The notes beneath the pieces are model-generated. The model did not search any database, was not told the DNA's origin, and saw only the letters and a list, made by a program, of their open reading frames with translations. 64,000 nt of DNA from Acidimicrobiia bacterium (GTDB taxonomy: Bacteria > Actinomycetota > Acidimicrobiia > Spongiisociales > UBA5794), in assembly GCA_030066875.1 (NCBI GenBank), contig JASJAS010000002.1:212-64211 (forward strand), written 5' to 3'. The position numbers and the translations under genes were made by a program. Below, one piece after another: positions 28,255 to 37,731 of the stretch; within the stretch, counting starts at the first letter, position 1; every line of letters starts with the position of its first letter.

Positions 28255-29040
28255 TCAGGAGGCGAGATCGCGCCGGCGCAGGATCGATGCCATCAGCGCG
28301 GAGCAAACCACCATCAACACCATGGCCTTCGCCACAGCGCCACCAGCACCCGGGTCTATGGCGCCCAGTCCGAATTCGTTGCCGACGAGTTCTTGAAAGT
28401 CGCGCGGGGCAAGGGCGGCTATTGCACTTGCGCCGATCCGCCATGGCGAGAGGCTGGATAGCGCCGGCACCGCGGCAGCGATTCCGTTCTCCCACACGAG
28501 CACGTAGGTCAAGCCGATGAGGGTTGCCCGTTTCAGCAGATAGCCCAAAGGAACGAACAACGCGGCATAAGCCGCCGTCGCAACCGCGGTTCCGACCAAC
28601 AGCGGCACGAAGTACGAGAACGTTTCCGTCTTGATCGCAACGAGAATCCCGAAGGCCGCGGCGCCGATGCCGTTGATGATCAGTGCTTCGATGAATGCGG
28701 CGACGACCTTCGCCCCCGCGATTACTACCCGTCTGATTGGGCGGAGCACGAGGAAGGACATGGTGTTGTCGCGTCGCTCGTCGCCCATCACGGAGGTGGC
28801 GATTATCAGCGTTACCACGGGAACCACGATGTTCATGAACACCCCGATGGTCATCCCGATAGAGACCTCAATACCTTCTTCGATCTGGGCCGCCGCCGAG
28901 TTCGTGCTGTTGCGGGTCGCGACCATGAATAGCAAGTACATGGCCGCTGCCGAGCCGGAGAGCAACAGCAGCCCTAGTGCGCGGCGCAGGCGCAGCGTCT
29001 GTCGAACGGTCACCGTGATGATCGCGACGAATGCGCTCAT
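28255..29040 (-). CDS. ABC-2-type transporter permease.
   Basis: 261 aa and about 6 TM segments. ATGA coupling to the upstream ATPase gene. Confidence 0.7.
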   Translation of the reverse strand: MSAFVAIITVTVRQTLRLRRALGLLLLSGSAAAMYLLFMVATRNSTNSAAAQIEEGIEVSIGMTIGVFMNIVVPVVTLIIATSVMGDERRDNTMSFLVLRPIRRVVIAGAKVVAAFIEALIINGIGAAAFGILVAIKTETFSYFVPLLVGTAVATAAYAALFVPLGYLLKRATLIGLTYVLVWENGIAAAVPALSSLSPWRIGASAIAALAPRDFQELVGNEFGLGAIDPGAGGAVAKAMVLMVVCSALMASILRRRDLAS

Positions 29041-29978
29041 CGTCCCCCCACCAGGTAGCGGAACACGCTCTCGAGTGACTCGTCCTCGGGGGCGAACCGG
29101 GAGATGCGAACGTTCAGGTCCCGGGCTTGCTTAGAGATGGTGGTACCGAGCGCGATGAGATCAGTTGTTTCGAGATGAATGCGAGAGTCGTCGATGCTGA
29201 CACTCGAAACGGCCTCGTTGTCGAGGAGCGCAGCCGCAAAGTCGCGCGTCCTATCGCATTCGACGAGCACGCGGTATGGGATGTGAGACATCGCCCGCCG
29301 AATTGCGCTGATGTCGCCTGCGGCCGCAAGCTTCCCATCGACGATCGCAATTACACGGTCGGTCATCCTTTCGACCTCTTGCAGGACATGTGACGAGACG
29401 ACGAGGGTTCGCCCCTCGCCGGCCAGTTTGCCGAGGAGCCTGATTAGATGGGCTCTCTGCACCGGGTCCGTGCCGTTCAACGGCTCATCGAGGACGAGCA
29501 TCTCCGGGTCATGCACCAGCGCCGCGGCCACCTTCGTACGCTGCCGCATGCCCTTGGAAAAACCGCCGATGGCGCGACCGGCATCCTCTGTGAGTTCAAC
29601 CAGCTCGAGGGCGCGATCCGCCGCCGGCTCCGGATTGCCCATACCGCTCAAGGTGGCCGCATACGCCACGTACTGACGAGCCGTGAGGGTGTTGTACAGA
29701 GCACTCTCCTCGGGTACGAATCCAAGCTCGCGGTAGCGGTCGACGCTGGCTCTGGGGAGGGCCCCCTTAACCAGAACCTCGCCCTGCGAAGGCAGGGTGA
29801 GCCCCGTGAGCATCCGCAGCAGAGTTGTCTTCCCTGCACCGTTTGGCCCGAGCAAGCCGGTGAGACCGGGACCGAAGGAACAAGTCACGTCGGAGACCGC
29901 AACCTTCTGCCCGAACCACTTGGAAACCCCGGTCACCTCGATTGTGGGGTTGGAGACGAGTGCAGGGTTGTCGCTCAT
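29037..29978 (-). CDS. ABC transporter ATP-binding protein.
   Basis: Walker A 'GPNGAGKTT', signature 'FSKGMRQR' and Walker B 'MLVLDEPLNG'. Confidence 0.9.
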   Translation of the reverse strand: MSDNPALVSNPTIEVTGVSKWFGQKVAVSDVTCSFGPGLTGLLGPNGAGKTTLLRMLTGLTLPSQGEVLVKGALPRASVDRYRELGFVPEESALYNTLTARQYVAYAATLSGMGNPEPAADRALELVELTEDAGRAIGGFSKGMRQRTKVAAALVHDPEMLVLDEPLNGTDPVQRAHLIRLLGKLAGEGRTLVVSSHVLQEVERMTDRVIAIVDGKLAAAGDISAIRRAMSHIPYRVLVECDRTRDFAAALLDNEAVSSVSIDDSRIHLETTDLIALGTTISKQARDLNVRISRFAPEDESLESVFRYLVGGR

Positions 29979-30865
29979 AGTTCCAGCCTGTATCTACGTG
30001 CCATCAGATACATCGTTCCGGCGCCAACCAAGGCGATGAATAGGATCGAGACCCACGGCTCGAATCCGACCGCCGACATCGGAACGCTGCCCTGTGACTC
30101 ATCGAACACCCAATTGCGGATCACCTCAGGGTGTTGCAGCACCGCGATCAACGTCCCGAAGCGCGAGCCTGGGAAGTCCAACGTCCGGAACATCTCGGCG
30201 AAACCGGGGGAGATGAAAACAACCGCGAGGTAGATGCCTGCCGCCGGTCCCACCCGCTTGGCATACGTCGAGATGAGCAATGCCGGGGCGCCGTACCCAA
30301 TCACATAGGCAACCATGGTCCCGAGAACCTTGAGAAGGTCGTCGAGGTTGTCGATGAGCGCCGCAGCGAGCCCCGCCTCGTCGAGCGCTGCGAAACCGAC
30401 ATACATCAGGAGATTGGGCAAGAGGAAGAAGGCTGAGGCGACTAGCGCGAGGGCGCCAACCCGTCCCCATATGTAATCCCAAGCAGTCATCGGGCGCGAG
30501 CTGTAGACCGACAGCACACCCTCTTCGCGGTCCGGGATGAGGAGGTTAGGAGCGGCCGATGCGACGAACAGGATGATGACCGTTCCCACGAGGCTGATGT
30601 ACTGGGCGTGTCCACCGAAAGGGCTTTCCGCATCAGGCGCGAAAGAGCTGAGGGCAAAGGCGAGTCCAACAAAGACTATGGCAGGAAGGAATGCAAGGAC
30701 AACGAGTCCCCACGGATAGATCTTGCGGCGCGCTTTGCGGCGGATCCCGAACGTCCGGCGCAGCCCGTCCTTCAGCATGGCCTTGATGGCGCCGGATCGA
30801 CCCAGCCGCTGTCCCTCGTAGGGCTTGTACCCGAGGTCGTAGACGACGCCTGCCTTATCGACCAT
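29975..30865 (-). CDS. ABC-2-type transporter permease.
   Basis: Start at ATG 30865 ('MVDKAGVVYDLGYKPYEG'), overlapping the upstream ATPase stop by 11 nt. Multiple TM segments. Confidence 0.7.
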   Translation of the reverse strand: MVDKAGVVYDLGYKPYEGQRLGRSGAIKAMLKDGLRRTFGIRRKARRKIYPWGLVVLAFLPAIVFVGLAFALSSFAPDAESPFGGHAQYISLVGTVIILFVASAAPNLLIPDREEGVLSVYSSRPMTAWDYIWGRVGALALVASAFFLLPNLLMYVGFAALDEAGLAAALIDNLDDLLKVLGTMVAYVIGYGAPALLISTYAKRVGPAAGIYLAVVFISPGFAEMFRTLDFPGSRFGTLIAVLQHPEVIRNWVFDESQGSVPMSAVGFEPWVSILFIALVGAGTMYLMARRYRLEL

Positions 30866-31769
30866 CGCTTGGCGCCTCCCCGAGGAAGATGTCCTCCAGT
30901 GTTGTCGACCGGGCACCCAACTTGCGCAAGGCGGTTCCCGTAGCAGCCAGCGCGTCTCGTGCGGCGAGGAATGGGTCATCCGGACTGGAGGTGATGGTCA
31001 GCGTCTGGCCCGCCTCGTCGACCTCTGCCCCCATTCGGCGCAACTCTGCGGCGACCAGCTCGGCTCCGTCGACAACCTCGAGTTCGACAACTCCTGTCTC
31101 GGTCAGCCCGGACAACGGTCCGTTCCGGAGCACTTGACCCCCATCAAGCATCACGACCCAGTCGCACGTCTGCTCGATATCGGGAAGGACGTGTGATGAG
31201 ACGAGCACGTTGATCCCGAAACCACCGAGACGGCCGATGAGATCGAGCATCTCTTCGCGTCCGCTCGGATCAAGGCCGGCCGTCGGCTCGTCGAGGAAGA
31301 CCATCTCGGGGTCGTGGACGATGGCTTGGGCGAGCATTGCCCGCTGCTTCATGCCCGTCGAGAAATCCCCCAGGTACCGGAACCGTTCTTCGTGGAGACC
31401 CACCATCGTGAGAATGTCCGAGGCTCGCTGTCTCGACTCGTTCGGTGGAACGCCGGCAAGTTCGGCGGCATAGGCGACGAAGTCCGCCGCAGTTTGGTCC
31501 TTAGGGAGGCATTCTCCTTCCGGCATGTAGCCGATGCGGGACCTGACGGTGATGAGGTCGTCGGCCGGATCGGTGCCGAGGACATTGACGGCACCGACGG
31601 TTGGCTCGAGGATGCCGAGCAGTATCTTTATGAGGGTGGTCTTGCCGGCTCCGTTGGCGCCGACCAATCCAATGCGTCCGGGTGGCACTTCGAGGTCGAG
31701 GTGGTGGAGAGCAATCACATCACCATACGCATGTCCGAGGTTGTTGGCAGAGATGGCGGCTGCGGACAT
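30855..31769 (-). CDS. ABC transporter ATP-binding protein.
   Basis: Walker A 'GANGAGKTT', signature 'FSTGMKQR' and Walker B 'MVFLDEPTAG'. Confidence 0.9.
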   Translation of the reverse strand: MSAAAISANNLGHAYGDVIALHHLDLEVPPGRIGLVGANGAGKTTLIKILLGILEPTVGAVNVLGTDPADDLITVRSRIGYMPEGECLPKDQTAADFVAYAAELAGVPPNESRQRASDILTMVGLHEERFRYLGDFSTGMKQRAMLAQAIVHDPEMVFLDEPTAGLDPSGREEMLDLIGRLGGFGINVLVSSHVLPDIEQTCDWVVMLDGGQVLRNGPLSGLTETGVVELEVVDGAELVAAELRRMGAEVDEAGQTLTITSSPDDPFLAARDALAATGTALRKLGARSTTLEDIFLGEAPSDGR

Positions 31770-31812
31770 AGGCCGAGGCTAATACCGGGCACCCCCGACC
31801 GGGAATCGGGAT

Positions 31813-32523
31813 TTACCCTGAAGCGCGTTCACGGCCGGTTCGTGCTCTGACCCGTCGAACCAGGTAGTGCCAGACCTTTTCGGGTGGGGGACCGTCCGGG
31901 GTGGCGGCAACTGCATGCTCCTGAGGTTCTTCGGCAGAGGCTGCGGCTTGCTCGGGTGGCGCCGGCCGGGTTCCGGTCTCAAGGCGTATCTCAGCGAGCC
32001 TTTCCCGCAGGAAGCGGGCTTCCGTCTCGGCCTTGGCTGCTCGCTCCCGTGCCGCCGCGAGCTGTTGGCCCGCCTCGTGGAGATTGCCGAGCTGATTCAG
32101 CATCTTGTTCCAGGCATCGATCGGAACGATCATTGTCCCTGGGGGTGCGGCGTCCGACGTTGTCCCGTCGGATTTCGGTGTCGGGGGAGTCTCGCCCTCG
32201 TACGCCTCCGCTGCGGGTCCCACTGTTCTTCCCAGTTCGGCGGCTCGTTCCTCGACACCGTCCAAGTCGACCAGCCGGATGTTGGTCCCCATCTGCGTCG
32301 GCTCCAGGTATGTCGGGATTGTGGAGCGACGGGCCCATTTGCGTAGGGTCTCCACCGGGATCCCTGTGGCTCTGCTCGCTTCACGCAACGTCACCCAGCG
32401 ACCCGGAGAACTGCTCGACTCGACGTTGTCTACCTCGGCCTCGGCCACTCGCTGCGGTGAGCCGCGCAGGGCTGCGGTCTCCCAAAGGAACGCAGGGTCA
32501 CTATCAGTCATGCGGGTCATCAT
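31813..32523 (-). CDS. Helix-turn-helix (MerR/excisionase-like) protein with a coiled-coil C-terminus.
   Basis: 'WVTLREASRATGIPVETLRKWARRSTIP' is HTH-like. The C-terminal 'QLAAARERAAKAETEARFLRERLAE' is coiled-coil-like. It heads the ABC-2 operon and is divergent from the BMC operon. Confidence 0.5.
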   Translation of the reverse strand: MMTRMTDSDPAFLWETAALRGSPQRVAEAEVDNVESSSSPGRWVTLREASRATGIPVETLRKWARRSTIPTYLEPTQMGTNIRLVDLDGVEERAAELGRTVGPAAEAYEGETPPTPKSDGTTSDAAPPGTMIVPIDAWNKMLNQLGNLHEAGQQLAAARERAAKAETEARFLRERLAEIRLETGTRPAPPEQAAASAEEPQEHAVAATPDGPPPEKVWHYLVRRVRARTGRERASG

Positions 32524-32619
32524 ACGACGCTAATCACGCGGGCTGCCTGCCTGGTTGGTGGGAACTGCGTGCGCGCGGTCTCGCCCACCTAGGATGGCAA
32601 CCGCCCGTAGGAAGCCGCC

Positions 32620-33225
32620 ATGCCGCCACCATCCGAAAGTCGAATCCCCGGCCGTCCCAGTTCCGACGATGTACGGGAGATGGTGTCCCGAATCGTCGAC
32701 GGCGTTCTCGAAGATCCGCAAGAGGCACCCGCAGAGCAAGCCAGTCCTCCGCCGGCCGCCCGTGCTCAGACCGACGGCATCGCCATCGGGGCCGATCACG
32801 GAGGCTATCCGCTGAAAGAACGTCTGGTGTTCCGGCTTCGTGAGCAAGGTCAGAGCATCCTCGACTGCGGAACGGATTCGCCTGACGCAGTCGATTATCC
32901 GGACTACGCCCACGCGGTCGCCAGCGCAGTCGCCACGGGAAAGGCCAGATGGGGCATCATCGTTGACGGTGCGGGAATCGGGTCTTCAATGGTCGCCAAC
33001 AAGGTCCCCGGAGTACGGGCCGCACTTTGCTATGACCTGTCGAGCGCCCGCAACAGCAGAGAACACAACCACGCCAACGTATTGACACTGGGAGCCGGCC
33101 TGATCGGCGAGAATCTGGCATGGCAGATCGTCCAAGAGTGGCTCGCCACCGATTGGGGCGGGGACCGCCATGCACGTCGTGTGGGCAAGATCACCGAGAT
33201 CGAGCGGCGCTACTCGACAATGTAG
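32620..33225 (+). CDS. RpiB/LacAB-family sugar-phosphate isomerase with a 53-aa N-terminal encapsulation-peptide-like extension (BMC cargo).
   Basis: The core '[16 protein letters not shown]...[17 protein letters not shown]...REHNHANVL' aligns to RpiB. The extension '[17 protein letters not shown]' plus a Pro/Ala linker is absent from the housekeeping RpiB at 41658..42110. Confidence 0.85.
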   Translation: MPPPSESRIPGRPSSDDVREMVSRIVDGVLEDPQEAPAEQASPPPAARAQTDGIAIGADHGGYPLKERLVFRLREQGQSILDCGTDSPDAVDYPDYAHAVASAVATGKARWGIIVDGAGIGSSMVANKVPGVRAALCYDLSSARNSREHNHANVLTLGAGLIGENLAWQIVQEWLATDWGGDRHARRVGKITEIERRYSTM

Positions 33226-33232
33226 GAGAGAA

Positions 33233-34066
33233 ATGGATCGGGACAAGTTAATCGAGGCGGTAACCCAGGAAGTGCTCACCGCGCTCACTATGCGTTACGA
33301 CGTGTGTGAGTCACCCGAGGCGGTGCGCAACGTCGTCGCCAACGGAGCCGATCGAGTCAGCTTTCACGGTGATGCGGCTGATGTGCCGATGGATCTGGCC
33401 CGCTATATCGATCACACCCTGCTCAAGCCTGAGGCGTCCGCCGAAGACATCGACGAGCTTTGTGCAGAAGCACGCGAGTACGAGTTTGCATCGGTGTGTA
33501 TCAACCCCACCTGGGTGAGGCGGGCCGCCACCAACCTGCGCGGATCGAACGTGGTCACCTGCACGGTGATCGGATTCCCGCTGGGGGCCAACACAACGGC
33601 CATCAAAGCGATGGAGGCACGCCGGGCGCTACGCGAGGGCGCACGCGAAATCGATATGGTTCTCAACGTGGGTGCACTCAAGTCGGGTGAGTATGAGCAG
33701 GTACGGGAGGACATCGCCCAGGTTTCCGAAGCTGCACACGAGGTGGGCGGACTGTGCAAGGTCATTCTCGAGACGGCCTTGCTGACCGACGAGGAAAAGG
33801 TCATCGCCTCTTCCCTCGCAAAGGAGGCAAAGGCCGACTTCGTCAAGACGTCGACGGGTTTCGGTTCCGGTGGAGCGACGGTGTACGACGTAGCGCTGAT
33901 GCGGGAGACGGTGGGGCCCGACATGGGCGTCAAGGCGTCGGGCGGAGTACGCACCCTGGAAGATGTGGAGGACATGATCGCCGCGGGAGCAAGTCGCATC
34001 GGGGCTTCGGCGGGTGTGCAGATCGTGAGCGGAGACCAAGGAGAGGCAAATGGCGACCGGTATTGA
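33233..34066 (+). CDS. deoC: Deoxyribose-phosphate aldolase with an N-terminal encapsulation-peptide-like helix (BMC cargo).
   Basis: ATG 33233 follows an AGGAGAG RBS. '[12 protein letters not shown]', Schiff-base Lys motif 'DFVKTSTGF' and 'VKASGGVRT'. N-terminal amphipathic '[15 protein letters not shown]'. Confidence 0.9.
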   Translation: MDRDKLIEAVTQEVLTALTMRYDVCESPEAVRNVVANGADRVSFHGDAADVPMDLARYIDHTLLKPEASAEDIDELCAEAREYEFASVCINPTWVRRAATNLRGSNVVTCTVIGFPLGANTTAIKAMEARRALREGAREIDMVLNVGALKSGEYEQVREDIAQVSEAAHEVGGLCKVILETALLTDEEKVIASSLAKEAKADFVKTSTGFGSGGATVYDVALMRETVGPDMGVKASGGVRTLEDVEDMIAAGASRIGASAGVQIVSGDQGEANGDRY

Positions 34067-34685
34067 GCTGAGGTCATACACATTCCTCGACAGTCTCCAG
34101 CCCCAGTACGCCGCGTTCCTGGGCACGGTCGCCAAGGGGTTCTTGCCGCTCGCATACGACGCCTCGCTGTGGGTCGAAGTCGCTCCCGGTATCGAGATCA
34201 ATCGGCTGACGGACGTCGCCCTCAAAGCGACCAAGGTGTGGCCGGGAATGCAAATCATCGAGCGGTACTACGGAGTGCTCGAAGTGCATTCACCCGACCA
34301 AGCCGAGACGCGGGCCGCCGGGCAGGCAATCCTCGACGCCATCGGCTTGACCGAAGAAGACCGTCTCAAGCCGCGACTGCTCTCCAGCCAGATCATCCGC
34401 CGGATCGACGACCATCATGCCCAGTTGGTGAACCGCGATCGGCACGGTCACATGATCATCCCGGGACAAACACTCTATGTTCTCGAATGCGAACCGGCCG
34501 TGTACTCGGCGCTGGCAGCCAACGAGGCGGAAAAAGCCGCGGAGATCAGCATTCTGGAGGTACGGTCATTTGGCTCGATGGGTCGCATGTACCTTGCCGG
34601 GGAAGAGAGGGATATCGATGTCGGCTGGCGGGCAGCTGTAGCCGCGCTCGAGGGTGTGAGCGGGCGCGAGCCGACGAAGAAGTGA
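34050..34685 (+). CDS. Tandem BMC-domain shell protein (BMC-T, divergent).
   Basis: It has two ~95-aa halves, each with the BMC beta-alpha-beta pattern: '[24 protein letters not shown]...GVLEVH' and '[30 protein letters not shown]...[14 protein letters not shown]'. An AAGGAGAGG RBS precedes it, and it lies inside the shell operon. Confidence 0.7.
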   Translation: MATGIELRSYTFLDSLQPQYAAFLGTVAKGFLPLAYDASLWVEVAPGIEINRLTDVALKATKVWPGMQIIERYYGVLEVHSPDQAETRAAGQAILDAIGLTEEDRLKPRLLSSQIIRRIDDHHAQLVNRDRHGHMIIPGQTLYVLECEPAVYSALAANEAEKAAEISILEVRSFGSMGRMYLAGEERDIDVGWRAAVAALEGVSGREPTKK

Positions 34686-34712
34686 GTTTGGCAATGAAAG
34701 GAGGAGCTTCTC

Positions 34713-35015
34713 ATGGCTGAAGCTCTTGGAATGATCGAAGCTCGGGGTTTTGCGGCAATGGTCGAGGCCTCGGATGCGATGGTCAAGGCAGCCAAGGTCG
34801 AATTGGTGAGCTACGAGAAGACCGGAGGCGGCTACGTGACGGCCATCGTCCGTGGTGATGTCGCCGCGGTGAAGGCCGCAGTTGATGCCGGCGTCCGCGG
34901 CGCAGAGAAGGTCGGCGAGGTCATCGCTACCCACGTCATCGCCCGTCCCCATCTCAACATCGATCTGGTGTTGCCGCTGGGTCGCAGCGAAGAGGCCGAG
35001 CGCGAACTCGGCTAG
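34713..35015 (+). CDS. BMC-H hexameric shell protein (PduA/EutM-like, Pfam00936).
   Basis: '[57 protein letters not shown]' is a canonical BMC-H sequence. Confidence 0.95.
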   Translation: MAEALGMIEARGFAAMVEASDAMVKAAKVELVSYEKTGGGYVTAIVRGDVAAVKAAVDAGVRGAEKVGEVIATHVIARPHLNIDLVLPLGRSEEAERELG

Positions 35016-35059
35016 CCACCTGTACCCGCCGCGGCGGGACCAGATTAAGGAGGCAATCC

Positions 35060-35347
35060 ATGCATCTGGGAAGGGTGGTCGGGACCCTCGTTGCGAGCCG
35101 CAAGGAGGAACTGCTCGAGGGCATGAAGTTCCTCGTCATTCGCCAACTCGGCGTCGACAACGACGAGACCGGTGGCTATGTGGTTGCGGTTGACGCAGTG
35201 GGTGCTGGGGTCGATGAGGTGGTCATGTACGCCCAAGGCAGCTCGGCGCGCCAGACCGTGCTCACGAGAGACAAGCCTTGTGACGCGGTGATCATGGCGA
35301 TCGTCGATACGTGGGAAGTAGACGGCGACGTGAAGTACCGGAAGTGA
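35060..35347 (+). CDS. BMC-P pentameric vertex protein (EutN/CcmL family).
   Basis: '[30 protein letters not shown]...[13 protein letters not shown]'. An AAGGAGG RBS precedes it. Confidence 0.9.
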   Translation: MHLGRVVGTLVASRKEELLEGMKFLVIRQLGVDNDETGGYVVAVDAVGAGVDEVVMYAQGSSARQTVLTRDKPCDAVIMAIVDTWEVDGDVKYRK

Positions 35348-35362
35348 GGCTCGGGACCGGCG

Positions 35363-36820
35363 ATGCTTAGCGAGCAGGATGTCAGGACGATCATCGAGAG
35401 GGTGAAAGGCCGCGTCGCCGCGGTCGAATCGTCCGGTCGCCCCGGTCCTGCGCTGGCAGCGAGTGACGACCTTGCGGCGTACGAGGCCCAGCTGGGAGAG
35501 GGCATCTATCCAACGATCGATAAGGCTGTAGCCGCGGCGCGCCGGGCGTTTGTTGAGTTCCGCGACATGGGTCTCGACGGGCGTCGCACCATTGTCGATG
35601 CGATGCGGGAGTCGATGCTCCGCGAAGGTGAGCGGCTTGCCTACATGGCCCGGGAGGAAACCGGCTTGGGTCGGGCCGACGACAAAACCATCAAGAACCG
35701 CATCGTGACGTTGGGCACACCCGGACCCGAGGACCTCGATCCCCATGCCGTCACCGGCGATGACGGGATGATGGTGACCGAGTGGGCTCCTTATGGCGTC
35801 ATCGGTTCGATCTCGCCCACCACCAACCCGACTTCCACCATCATCAACAACGCGATAGCCATGATTTCGGCCGGCAACGCAGTCGTCTTCAACGTGCACC
35901 CCAGCGCCAAGGCGGTCTCGGTCGAGAACATAAAGCTACTCAACCGCGCCATAGTGTCGGCGGGCGGTCCCACCGACCTCATTACTGCGATCCCGAACCC
36001 GACGCTGGAGAGTGCGCGCGAGGTCATGTACCACCCCGACGTCCGGGTCCTGCTGGTGACGGGCGGGCCCGGGGTGGTCAAGGAAGCGCTGAAGACCCAG
36101 AAGAAGTCAATCACCGCCGGTCCGGGCAACCCGCCCGCGGTCGTGGATCAGACGGCTGATGTGAGCAAGGCAGGCCGAGACATCGTCAACGGCGCCTCGT
36201 TCGACAACAACATCATCTGTGTAGACGAGAAGACAACCATCGTCGTCGACACGGTGGCCGACCGTCTCATCCAAGCCATGACGGCCGCGGGTGCGTACCG
36301 GCTCAAGGAACACGAGCTGAAACGACTGGAGCGGGTGATTTTCAAGGAACTCGGTCAGCCTGCGAAACCTGGTCTGATCAATCCGGAATGGATCGGCAAG
36401 GATGCATCAGCGATCTTGGGGGCGATCGGGGTCATGGTGGATCCGAGCATCAGGTTGCTGATTGCCGAGGTTCCGAGGGAGCACTCGCTTGTCTGGACCG
36501 AACAGATGATGCCGGTAATGCCGGTTGTCAGGGTCAAGGATGTCGATGTTGCCATCGATCTGGCCGTTCGCTCCGAGCACAAGTTCCGGCACACTGCGTC
36601 GATCCATTCCACGAACGTGGCTTCAATCACCAAGATGGCACGGGCCATGAACTGCAGCATCTTCGTGGCCAACGGTCCCAACTACGCCGGCCTCGGTGAG
36701 GGTGGAGAAGGCTTTACCTCGTTCTCGATTGCGTCTCCTACTGGAGAAGGGCTCACCCGGCCGCGCACCTTCTCCAGGGTGCGGCGGGTCACAGTTGTCG
36801 GAGCGCTGCGCTATGTCTGA
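35363..36820 (+). CDS. CoA-acylating aldehyde dehydrogenase (PduP/EutE-like) with an N-terminal encapsulation peptide.
   Basis: The catalytic region 'FDNNIICVDEK' matches the PduP/EutE 'FDNNxxCxxEK' motif. The N-terminus 'EQDVRTIIERVKGRV' is followed by the linker 'ESSGRPGPALAAS'. Confidence 0.9.
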   Translation: MLSEQDVRTIIERVKGRVAAVESSGRPGPALAASDDLAAYEAQLGEGIYPTIDKAVAAARRAFVEFRDMGLDGRRTIVDAMRESMLREGERLAYMAREETGLGRADDKTIKNRIVTLGTPGPEDLDPHAVTGDDGMMVTEWAPYGVIGSISPTTNPTSTIINNAIAMISAGNAVVFNVHPSAKAVSVENIKLLNRAIVSAGGPTDLITAIPNPTLESAREVMYHPDVRVLLVTGGPGVVKEALKTQKKSITAGPGNPPAVVDQTADVSKAGRDIVNGASFDNNIICVDEKTTIVVDTVADRLIQAMTAAGAYRLKEHELKRLERVIFKELGQPAKPGLINPEWIGKDASAILGAIGVMVDPSIRLLIAEVPREHSLVWTEQMMPVMPVVRVKDVDVAIDLAVRSEHKFRHTASIHSTNVASITKMARAMNCSIFVANGPNYAGLGEGGEGFTSFSIASPTGEGLTRPRTFSRVRRVTVVGALRYV

Positions 36821-37457
36821 CGAAGTGCTCACGAACGAAGTGCCCGGGGTGGATCCGGCGATAGCCATGATCGAGTTCTCTTCAATCGCGGTCGGGATCG
36901 TCGCCGGGGATGCCATGATCAAGGCGTCTCCGCTCGGATCGATCTACGCGGGCACGGTTCACCCCGGCAAGTATCTGGTTCTGGTCAGTGGGGACACCGC
37001 CAGCGTCGACGAGGCGTTCGACGTTGGCCTCTCCGTCGGGCGCGGAATGGTTCTCGACTCCGTCTTCCTTCCCGACATCCATCCCGCGGTGACGGGGGCA
37101 ATTGCGTCCGATGAGGAGGCCGCCTGGATCAGCGGGGACGCTCTCGGCATGGTCGAGACCGAGCACGTGGCAACCGTGATTCAGGCCGCCGACGCGGGGG
37201 TCAAGGCCGCCTTCGTCGAAGTCAGCGCGGTCCGTATGGCCGACGGTCTGGGTGGCAAGGGCTACGTGTTGTTCTCCGGAGAGGTTGCCGAAGTGGAGGC
37301 AGCCGTCGACGCTGCCGAGCAGTGGAGCGCGGAATCCGGCTTCGTACTGCAGGCCCACGTCATCGCCCAATTGCACGACGAGATGGCGTTCAATCTGCGT
37401 TCCGACCTGCGCTTCCGCAGCCGGCTGGCGTTGCGGCCCTTAGAGCGGGACGGTTGA
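36813..37457 (+). CDS. Tandem BMC-domain shell protein (BMC-T).
   Basis: ATG 36813 overlaps the AldDH stop (ATGTCTGA). It has two BMC domains: 'AIAMIEFSSIAVGIVAGDAMIKASP...KYLVLVSGDTASVDEA' and 'ALGMVETEHVATVIQAADAGVKAAFVEV...GYVLFSGEVAEVEAAVDAA'. Confidence 0.85.
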   Translation: MSDEVLTNEVPGVDPAIAMIEFSSIAVGIVAGDAMIKASPLGSIYAGTVHPGKYLVLVSGDTASVDEAFDVGLSVGRGMVLDSVFLPDIHPAVTGAIASDEEAAWISGDALGMVETEHVATVIQAADAGVKAAFVEVSAVRMADGLGGKGYVLFSGEVAEVEAAVDAAEQWSAESGFVLQAHVIAQLHDEMAFNLRSDLRFRSRLALRPLERDG

Positions 37458-37458
37458 C

Positions 37459-37731
37459 GTGCAGCTCGGGCGAGTCCGCGGAACGGTCGTAGCAACCATC
37501 AAGTCTGGAGGTCTCGAAGGAGTGCGCTTTCTGATTGTGCAGCCGCTCGACAAGCACCAGGAGCCGGTAGGCGATCCGCTGGTAGCGGCAGATGCCGTCC
37601 ACATGGCTGCGCCGGGAGAACTGGTGTACGTAGTCGGCTCGCGTGAGGCGGCGGAAGCGATGCCCGAGAGGTTCGTCCCGGTCGACCACGCAATCGTGGG
37701 AATCGTCGATCAGGTGGCGTTGTCACCATGA
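37459..37731 (+). CDS. BMC-P pentameric vertex protein (EutN/CcmL family), paralog 2.
   Basis: GTG start. 'MQLGRVRGTVVATIKSGGLEGVRFLIVQPLD...AADAVHMAAPGELV'. Confidence 0.85.
   Translation: MQLGRVRGTVVATIKSGGLEGVRFLIVQPLDKHQEPVGDPLVAADAVHMAAPGELVYVVGSREAAEAMPERFVPVDHAIVGIVDQVALSP

Noticed and set aside
31813-32523. The HTH protein as the dedicated regulator of the BMC operon.
   Set aside because: It is divergent from the BMC operon but co-directional with the ABC-2 transporter operon and only 44 nt upstream of it, so it is more simply the first gene of that operon. There is no sequence evidence tying it to the BMC promoter.
34169-34720. An alternative-frame 183-aa ORF over the first BMC-T gene, and other Arg-rich alternative frames inside the BMC operon (for example 35782..36159 and 36388..36699).
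   Set aside because: They overlap genes that have clear shell or enzyme signatures and have an Arg/Gly/Pro-rich composition typical of off-frame GC-rich translation.
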